Shown one piece after another: positions 57,491-64,000 of a DNA stretch of 64,000 nt. The position numbers and the translations under genes were made by a program. The stretch is from an uncultured Gammaproteobacteria bacterium (GTDB lineage: Bacteria; Patescibacteriota; Microgenomatia; Levybacterales; UBA12049). Each line of letters starts with the position of its first letter. Positions within the stretch are counted from its first letter, which is position 1. The notes beneath the pieces were generated by a model that saw only the letters and a list, made by a program, of their open reading frames with translations, had not been told where the DNA came from and did not search any database. The stretch spans positions 333,553 to 397,552 of the forward strand of contig CAZERI010000001.1 in the NCBI GenBank assembly GCA_964515545.1, read 5' to 3'.

Positions 57491-58822
57491 ATGACTCAGC
57501 GCGAAGCACTCGATGTTCTTAAATTAGGCAATAATGCCTTTCTTACCGGACCTGCTGGAAGTGGTAAAACATATCTACTCAATCAGTTCATCTCTTATTT
57601 GCGGATGAATAACATTCCAGTCGGGATTACTGCTTCAACGGGTGTTGCAGCTACTCATATGGGAGGAACGACCATCCATAGCTGGTCCGGTATGGGAATC
57701 AAGGGCACTATGGATGAGCGCGAAATAGGCGAGTTATTAAAGAAAGCATATCTACGCAAACATTTCCTCCGAACGAAGGTTCTTATTATTGATGAGATAT
57801 CCATGCTGCATGATTTTCAGCTCGACTTAGTACATAGAATTTGTCGGGCTTTTAAAAGGATTGATCAGCCGTTTGGTGGGATGCAGATAGTTATGTGCGG
57901 AGATTTTTTTCAGCTGCCGCCTGTTATTAAAGGTGAGAATCAGGCCAAGTTCGTGACAGAATCAGATATTTGGAAAGAGATGAGAGTTGAGATCTGTTAT
58001 CTGGACGAACAGTATCGCCAGAGTGATCGAGCTTTTTTACGAGTTCTTAACGATATTCGGATGGGTGAAGTAAATGAAGATACTGTTGAATATCTTTCCG
58101 AGAGACTCAGTAAAGATCCAGAAGGATACTCTCGTCCGACTAGGCTTTTTACGCATAATGCAGATGTCGATGCTATCAATAAAACTCATTTAGATCAGCT
58201 AACAGGTGAGGCTCACGAGTATTTTATGGTATCAAGGGGTGGGTTAGGACTTATTGAAGGTTTAAGACGTAGCTGTCTTGCTCCTGAACGATTGATTCTT
58301 AAAAAAGGCGCTCAGGTAATGTTCGTTAAGAATAATTTTGAAGAAGGCTATGTAAATGGAACACTAGGTGAGGTAATTGGTTTTACCAAAGAAGATAAGC
58401 CGATTGTTAGGAGTTTTGATGGTGCAGAGATCACAGTTGGTCAAGCCAGTTGGGAGGTAAAGGATGAGACAGCAGGGAGTTCATCTCCTCCGCTTGCGTC
58501 GATTTCTCAAGTACCGCTAAGACTCGCTTGGGCAATAACAGTCCATAAATCTCAAGGAATGTCTCTGGATGCAGCAGAAGTTGATCTTTCACGTTCTTTT
58601 GTCCCTGGACAAGGATACGTTGCTTTGTCTCGCTTGCGAGGCCTCAAAGGACTCAAACTTATGGGAATGAATAATATAGCTTTACAAGTTAATCCTGAGG
58701 TATCTGAAATGGATTATGAATTCCGAAAGGCGTCAAATGATGCAGTTTGGCGTCTTATTAATCTTGATCAGCAGAAAAAAGAGCAAATGCAGAAAGACTA
58801 CCTCAACTATCTTAAGCAATAA
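57491..58822 (+). CDS. Pif1-family DNA helicase (paralog of the 44476-45735 gene)
   Basis: Same motif set (GPAGSGKTY, IIDEISM, CGDFFQLPPV, LAWAITVHKSQGMS...YVALSRL); the N-termini are near-identical between the paralogs. Confidence 0.75.
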   Translation: MTQREALDVLKLGNNAFLTGPAGSGKTYLLNQFISYLRMNNIPVGITASTGVAATHMGGTTIHSWSGMGIKGTMDEREIGELLKKAYLRKHFLRTKVLIIDEISMLHDFQLDLVHRICRAFKRIDQPFGGMQIVMCGDFFQLPPVIKGENQAKFVTESDIWKEMRVEICYLDEQYRQSDRAFLRVLNDIRMGEVNEDTVEYLSERLSKDPEGYSRPTRLFTHNADVDAINKTHLDQLTGEAHEYFMVSRGGLGLIEGLRRSCLAPERLILKKGAQVMFVKNNFEEGYVNGTLGEVIGFTKEDKPIVRSFDGAEITVGQASWEVKDETAGSSSPPLASISQVPLRLAWAITVHKSQGMSLDAAEVDLSRSFVPGQGYVALSRLRGLKGLKLMGMNNIALQVNPEVSEMDYEFRKASNDAVWRLINLDQQKKEQMQKDYLNYLKQ

Positions 58823-58862
58823 GATTTGAAGCTAAATAGGAAAATTTGCTATACTTCTCACT

Positions 58863-59789
58863 ATGGAAGACCAAAAATTTCAAATTTTGCTCTATTACAA
58901 GTACGTAGCAATTGAGGATCCGAAAAAAGTTCGTGAAGAACAGCGGGCTCTCTGTGAGTCTTTAGGCCTTAAGGGACGTATTATCGTAGGGTTTGAGGGT
59001 ATCAACGGAACTGTCGAAGGAACTTTGGAGAATACCGAAAAATACATTGAGGCAATGGAGAAGTCTGAGTACTTCAAGTCTATCTCATACAAAAAAAGTG
59101 AAGGTACTGGTAAGGCTTTTCCGAAATTATCTGTTAAATTCCGGCCAGAAATCGTAACGACTGGGATCGATGGTCTCAATCCAACAAAAACCACCGGTAG
59201 ATATTTATCAGCATCGGAGCTCCATCAATGGTATGAGGAGGGTAAAGAGTTTTATGTGGTTGATATGCGAAATGATTATGAATACGCTAGCGGATACTTT
59301 GAAAATTTTATTCCTTCTGGACTCTCGAACTTTCATGATTTAAAAGAAGTATTACCTAAGTTAGATCATCTTCGTAACAAGACTATTGTCACTGTCTGTA
59401 CAGGAGGTATTAGATGCGAAAAAGCCTCAGGTTTTTTGGTAGAAAATGGATTTCATAATGTGTATCAGCTTAAGGATGGTATCCAGACTTATATGGAGAA
59501 ATATCCAAATGAACATTTCAAAGGTAAATTGTATGTTTTTGACGGCCGTATCACCTGGGGAGTAAATGTCAATGATGCTCGCCATGAGATAGTCGGGAAG
59601 TGTGATCACTGCGGGAAATCATGTGATTCCTATGTAAATTGTGCATTTAATGAGTGCCATAGGCACTATATTTGCTGTGCGGATTGTCTGGATAAAGAGA
59701 CAGGATTGGCCTTCTGCGATGCTTCCTGCAAAGATAACTATTTTAAGATCACCATTCACCACAAACGGCCTACTCCAGCACTCGGCTGA
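58863..59789 (+). CDS. trhO: rhodanese-domain protein, UPF0176/YceA (TrhO tRNA U34 hydroxylase family)
   Basis: ILLYYKY..IEDP...GRIIVGFEGINGT N-terminus, rhodanese Cys loop CTGGIRCE, and C-terminal Cys cluster. Confidence 0.75.
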   Translation: MEDQKFQILLYYKYVAIEDPKKVREEQRALCESLGLKGRIIVGFEGINGTVEGTLENTEKYIEAMEKSEYFKSISYKKSEGTGKAFPKLSVKFRPEIVTTGIDGLNPTKTTGRYLSASELHQWYEEGKEFYVVDMRNDYEYASGYFENFIPSGLSNFHDLKEVLPKLDHLRNKTIVTVCTGGIRCEKASGFLVENGFHNVYQLKDGIQTYMEKYPNEHFKGKLYVFDGRITWGVNVNDARHEIVGKCDHCGKSCDSYVNCAFNECHRHYICCADCLDKETGLAFCDASCKDNYFKITIHHKRPTPALG

Positions 59790-60371
59790 TCATGGCCCGG
59801 GTTGGATAGAGAGAGGAGAAATGTCCACTGTCGTTATTTCTGCTGGATCTGTACAGATATTCATCATAAAGCTAGGCTTTCCTGAGGTGGTAAAAGTGAG
59901 ACTTTCAGCACTAGTAATCTCATAACTTAACCCAGCTTGAACTTGGTAGAGACCAGACTGACATTGGGGTCCATTAGGCATATGAATAGTTGCATAAAAG
60001 CTGGTGTTTGGAGACATTTTGGAGATATAGGCTGACTGAGTACCAGTATAATGGACAGCAATATTTTTTACAGTAGGCAGGTGGGAAAGCTGCAGCTTAC
60101 TGCTCAGAGATAGAGTGCATGGCCTTTGGGAAATATTAGTCAATTTCACATTGCCATACAGATTCCCAGCTGCCGGTTCCCAGGTAATTGTTCCGCGTAA
60201 TGACTCATTTCTGCATTCGTCACTAATATGAGTAGGTAAAGGAGTGGCGGTTGGAGAGGGAGAGGAAGCAGAGGGAAGAGACGTTATAGGTTTTTTGGGC
60301 TGTCTAATATTAAAAACAACAATTGAGGTAAGGAAGATGACAGCAAGGATAAGAGAAATCCAGGATTTCAC
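59790..60371 (-). CDS. N-terminally anchored secreted hypothetical protein
   Basis: TM anchor, SP/T linker, globular domain. Confidence 0.4.
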   Translation of the reverse strand: MKSWISLILAVIFLTSIVVFNIRQPKKPITSLPSASSPSPTATPLPTHISDECRNESLRGTITWEPAAGNLYGNVKLTNISQRPCTLSLSSKLQLSHLPTVKNIAVHYTGTQSAYISKMSPNTSFYATIHMPNGPQCQSGLYQVQAGLSYEITSAESLTFTTSGKPSFMMNICTDPAEITTVDISPLSIQPGP

Positions 60372-60447
60372 TAGTGATCTTTATAGCGCATTTTTCATTT
60401 ATTAGCAAGTATTACGCTTCGGAGAAAAATGTGCTATAATAGGTATA

Positions 60448-60744
60448 TTGAATCCTTCAACTACATCTATTCCTAAATGTTTCCAGTGTGGCTCTCCTCT
60501 TATTTTAGTTAGTCAAAAAACGACTCATCCGGAAGGATCCTTATTTCCTCAGACTGTGTCAGTATATCGATGTTCCAATCAGGAGTGTCAGGAGCAGAAA
60601 GATAAAGAGGAACTAAAGCGCATTAAGCTTCGGGATGATAAGCTTGAGTCAGATAAAAAACGTGCTGAAGACAAAAAACGCAGGTTAAATGAGAAGATTT
60701 TAGCGGTTATTGGTAAAGAAGAAGAGCAGTCACAGAACGTCTAA
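60448..60744 (+). CDS. zinc-ribbon protein with K/E-rich tail
   Basis: CFQCGS...CSNQEC ribbon, then a charged coiled coil. Confidence 0.4.
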   Translation: MNPSTTSIPKCFQCGSPLILVSQKTTHPEGSLFPQTVSVYRCSNQECQEQKDKEELKRIKLRDDKLESDKKRAEDKKRRLNEKILAVIGKEEEQSQNV

Positions 60745-60919
60745 TTTACCTCACATAATTGACTATAGGATTATTCTATGGTATACTATACTTAATGCAG
60801 ATGGTCAGGTTATACCTCTGCTTACCTTTGATATTTGTTATGTTTAGATAAAGATACCCTACTTTTTTATTCGTATCTACTAACTACCACATATTCCTCA
60901 GACTAAGCAGAAGTACGAC

Positions 60920-62116
60920 TTGATCATTACAGTTTTTATGAATACATATCGACGCCAGCCACGACAGAATTCGCATTCCGTGCGAAATAGTAATCATCCA
61001 AAGAGAAATGTTCCTAAATCTCTTGATGAGAAACTTTTTATTAACAAAGCAGAGTCTACTCAAGAAGCTGAAGAGCTATCTCAGAGTACTTTTGCTGATT
61101 TTGCTATTTCAGACAAGCTCAAGCGTAATATTGCGGATCATAACTATATTACTCCTACACCCATTCAGGAACAGGCAATTCCACACCTTCTTAATAATCG
61201 GGATGTAATAGGGATTGCTAATACCGGCACGGGTAAGACAGCAGCCTTTTTAATTCCTCTTATCCAGAAAGCATCGCTTGATCGAAGGGAGCGCATTCTT
61301 ATCATGACTCCGACTCGTGAGCTTGCTATGCAGATTGCAGACGAGCTACGTATTTTCTCGCGGGGGATGGAGTTAGACTATGCCCTCTGTATTGGAGGAG
61401 CAGATATCAAACGTCAGGAGAAAAAACTGCATCATAGTCCTCATTTTGTTATAGGGACACCAGGAAGACTGAAAGATCTTATCCAAAGAAAAACGCTTAA
61501 CCTGAATTTGTTTCAAAATATCGTTCTGGATGAGGTAGATCGTATGGTAGATATCGGTTTTATCCGTGATATTCAGATGATTGTCTCACTTCTTCCTAAA
61601 AAACGTCAGTCGCTTTTCTTCTCAGCAACCATAACAGATAAAGAGCGAGGCATCCTGGATACATTCGTCACTAATCCTATTTCTATTTCTGTTAAAAAAA
61701 GAGAAACATCTAAGAATATCGACCAGGACATCATCAGAGTACCGCGGGGAATGCCTAAAATTGATGTCCTGCATGACTTATTAGCGCAGGATGGTTTTGA
61801 TAAAGTTTTAGTATTTGGTCGAACGAAATGGGGAGTAGAGAAGCTTAGTAAAGCACTCATCCAGAGAGGTTTCAGAGCAGCAGCAATTCATGGCAATAAG
61901 TCACAAGGTCAGCGCCAGCGGGCTCTGGAGCAATTCAAGTCTGATAGCCTTCAGGTACTCCTGGCGACAGACGTCGCTTCCCGTGGAATCGATATTGAGA
62001 ATGTTACCCATGTCATCAACTACGATGCGCCTGCCTCCTATGAGGACTACGTTCATCGTATAGGACGTACCGGACGTGCTGATCGTCGTGGTAAAGCTCT
62101 CACCTTCGTAGACTAA
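60920..62116 (+). CDS. DEAD-box ATP-dependent RNA helicase
   Basis: Q motif (F..F......PTPIQ), Walker A ANTGTGKTAAF, PTRELA, DEVD (DEAD variant), SAT, and HRIGRTGR. A TTGACT-N17-TATACT promoter lies at ~60757-60785. Confidence 0.85.
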   Translation: MIITVFMNTYRRQPRQNSHSVRNSNHPKRNVPKSLDEKLFINKAESTQEAEELSQSTFADFAISDKLKRNIADHNYITPTPIQEQAIPHLLNNRDVIGIANTGTGKTAAFLIPLIQKASLDRRERILIMTPTRELAMQIADELRIFSRGMELDYALCIGGADIKRQEKKLHHSPHFVIGTPGRLKDLIQRKTLNLNLFQNIVLDEVDRMVDIGFIRDIQMIVSLLPKKRQSLFFSATITDKERGILDTFVTNPISISVKKRETSKNIDQDIIRVPRGMPKIDVLHDLLAQDGFDKVLVFGRTKWGVEKLSKALIQRGFRAAAIHGNKSQGQRQRALEQFKSDSLQVLLATDVASRGIDIENVTHVINYDAPASYEDYVHRIGRTGRADRRGKALTFVD

Positions 62117-62172
62117 GGGAAGATTACTCTACTTGCTAATAAATGTAAGATTTTATATAGTGGATAAGCCTC

Positions 62173-63009
62173 ATGTTTACGACCGCTATTATTGCATTTC
62201 GTGAATTCTTCGAAGCCTTTCTCATCGTTGGAATCTTTTTAGGAATATCTAAGAGACTTAACCTTAAAAGAGAAGTAGAAATTCTTTTTGCAGCCAGTGT
62301 AGGATTTGTAGTTTCTCTAGGTATGTCTACTCTCCTTTATATATTCTCTGATTTTGCTAGGACTATTTTGACAGAGGAGAGGGCAGAGACACTTGAGAGT
62401 TATCTGCTGATTTTTTCTGGTTTCTTTATCGCCTATGTTATTTTTTCTCTCCATGAAATGCTCTCCAAAAGCAGGGGCGGTAAGCTGCTTAAAGCACATC
62501 AGGAGCTTGAAAAGAACTCATTTGATATCTCGCTTTTTATTACTATAGTTATGTTGATTGCTAGAGAAGGGTTTGAGATAGCACTCTTTACTGCTAGTAC
62601 CTCGCTCTTTACTGTCTTTGTTCAGAACTTCATCGGGTTATTTGCAGGGCTTGTAAGTGCTGGGATAATTGGAAGCTTAAGTTATTTCAGTTATATAAGA
62701 TTACCTATCGGTAAAGTATTTAAGGCTACAGAATATATGATTGTTTTACTGGGAGCCTCACTTGTCCAAAATGGTATCACTGAGTTGCTAGAACATACCT
62801 GGAATATTGATTTAAGCAGTATTTTTAGTGTCAATCTTTCTTTCCTGCCAGCTTCATCAACAAGTTTGGGGCACCTCATCCAGAGTTTTATTGGGATTGA
62901 TCAGCATTTCAGCCTGGTAAGACTTTTAATTATGATTTGTTATATAGGTGGAGTATATTTCCTCTTCCTTCGTAAACAGCCTACCCCTGCTAAAAATTAT
63001 CATCAATAG
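62173..63009 (+). CDS. FTR1/EfeU-family iron permease
   Basis: Two RExxE motifs (REFFE, REGFE) in TM1 and TM4 of a 7-TM protein. Confidence 0.7.
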   Translation: MFTTAIIAFREFFEAFLIVGIFLGISKRLNLKREVEILFAASVGFVVSLGMSTLLYIFSDFARTILTEERAETLESYLLIFSGFFIAYVIFSLHEMLSKSRGGKLLKAHQELEKNSFDISLFITIVMLIAREGFEIALFTASTSLFTVFVQNFIGLFAGLVSAGIIGSLSYFSYIRLPIGKVFKATEYMIVLLGASLVQNGITELLEHTWNIDLSSIFSVNLSFLPASSTSLGHLIQSFIGIDQHFSLVRLLIMICYIGGVYFLFLRKQPTPAKNYHQ

Positions 63010-63139
63010 CTTTTACACTTCCTATAAAGGAAAATTAGAAAATACTACTGGGATAAAAAAGATTCCTAGTGATCTAGTTAAAAGATATACCAACTGACTT
63101 TCTCTTCATCATAAAATATGCTAGCATAGCCACTACTAC

Positions 63140-63793
63140 ATGCCTGTACTCCCGTCGATTAAAGTTGTTCGTTCTCGTAGACGAAGCCTTGCTCTTCACA
63201 TTGAACGTGATGGAACAGTAGTTGTTAAGGCTCCTCATCTTATCCCCAAATTATTTATTGATCAATTTGTCCTTCAGCATCAGGAGTGGATACATAATCA
63301 TACTCAGAAAATTACATCCGCTAAAGTATCCCGTTCAGAAAATGAATACCTCTATCTTGGTAAAAAAGTTATTTTCACACCTGGCAACTACACAGATATT
63401 AAAGTGAAAGGTGACAAGTTACTTTTTCCTCAAGCACTTCTTTTTCGCAAAAATAAAGAGCTTTCTAATTGGTACAGTAATGAAGCGCGAAAAATTATTA
63501 CGCTGCAGGCGGAGAAATATGCAGCACTTATGAAGACAAATTATAAAGAAATCACTTTTTCTGATACCCGTTCACAGTGGGGAAGATGTACGAGTGATAA
63601 TCGGCTGCAGTTCAGCTGGAGACTTATTATGGCTCCTCTTTTAGTACTTAACTATGTTGTTATCCATGAACTCGCACATACCAGGGAGAAAAATCATTCA
63701 CAGCTTTTCTGGATGAAGGTAAGAAATTTTAATCCTTCCTACAGACAGCAGATTAAGTGGCTCAAAGATCATGGGATGTCTCTTACCATTTAA
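63140..63793 (+). CDS. YgjP/DUF45 (M48-like, HExxH) metal-dependent hydrolase
   Basis: HELAHTREKNH motif near the C-terminus and family-typical length. Confidence 0.7.
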   Translation: MPVLPSIKVVRSRRRSLALHIERDGTVVVKAPHLIPKLFIDQFVLQHQEWIHNHTQKITSAKVSRSENEYLYLGKKVIFTPGNYTDIKVKGDKLLFPQALLFRKNKELSNWYSNEARKIITLQAEKYAALMKTNYKEITFSDTRSQWGRCTSDNRLQFSWRLIMAPLLVLNYVVIHELAHTREKNHSQLFWMKVRNFNPSYRQQIKWLKDHGMSLTI

Positions 63794-63865
63794 GGCCATA
63801 TTTGTACCTCTTGTATTTACTGTCAAGCTGCTGATAAAATCAAACTTCGGACTTAAAATACCTAT

Positions 63866-64000
63866 ATGCTTAAAAAGAATCGAAGTCTCCTTATTATTGC
63901 TCTTATCGCTGTCGTGAATATGCTTGGTTATGGCATTATTATTCCTATTTTGTATGCCTATTCTAAGAAATTCGGGTTGAGTGATTTCCAAAACGGGTTG
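63866..64000 (+). CDS. MFS-type transporter, N-terminal fragment (continues past the window)
   Basis: MLKKNRSLLIIALIAVVNMLGYGIIIPILYAYSKKFGLSDFQNGL is a typical MFS TM1 and loop; truncated by the window edge. Confidence 0.45.
   Translation, partial: MLKKNRSLLIIALIAVVNMLGYGIIIPILYAYSKKFGLSDFQNGL

Noticed and set aside
1-64000. CRISPR array / cas genes
   Set aside because: No series of regularly spaced identical repeats anywhere. The only tandem repeat is the 7-bp microsatellite at 30070-30122, with no spacers.

Overview
This is a low-GC, gene-dense bacterial window, about 90% coding, with short genes and many N-terminally membrane-anchored Pro/Thr-rich surface proteins. Together with a minimal ProRS lacking the editing domain, a eukaryotic/viral-type topoisomerase IB, Pif1 helicases and a possibly archaeal-type CoA enzyme, this looks like a CPR/Patescibacteria-type genome; all calls were made by eye from the sequence and ORF track. 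Housekeeping genes read from the translations are listed below: zwf (3' part)-gnd, proS, rpsU, ybeY, dnaX, ybaB, prs, recR, cysS, uppS, lepB, a PBP1A, two sortase-type genes, an FKBP, pcm, msrB, mscL, apbE, a DEAD-box helicase, FTR1 and others. One class-II tRNA (Ser-like, apparent anticodon ACU) sits on the minus strand at 31636-31720, next to a partial duplicate of its 3' end. No rRNA or CRISPR array was found. Non-routine content: (1) an NRAMP-family transporter with the non-canonical D-A-G-G / A-for-M site seen in Mg-transporting NRMT relatives, translationally coupled to a soluble PRC-barrel+MgtE_N+CBS protein; (2) a ~1.4 kb region after cysS that is largely ORF-poor, with a consensus sigma70 promoter, many perfect hairpins, a GC-rich GTG-initiated ORF and a structured 3' tail ending in a terminator; (3) a second GC-rich island (37.7-39.3 kb) with the same promoter architecture and the same TAGCCTC...GAGGCTA inverted-repeat motif; (4) an FMN-binding protein, ApbE flavin transferase, membrane-FNR fusion and cupredoxin cluster; (5) a Rad52-like annealing protein + Pif1 helicase pair behind a 7-2-7 palindrome, with a second Pif1 paralog 13 kb away.
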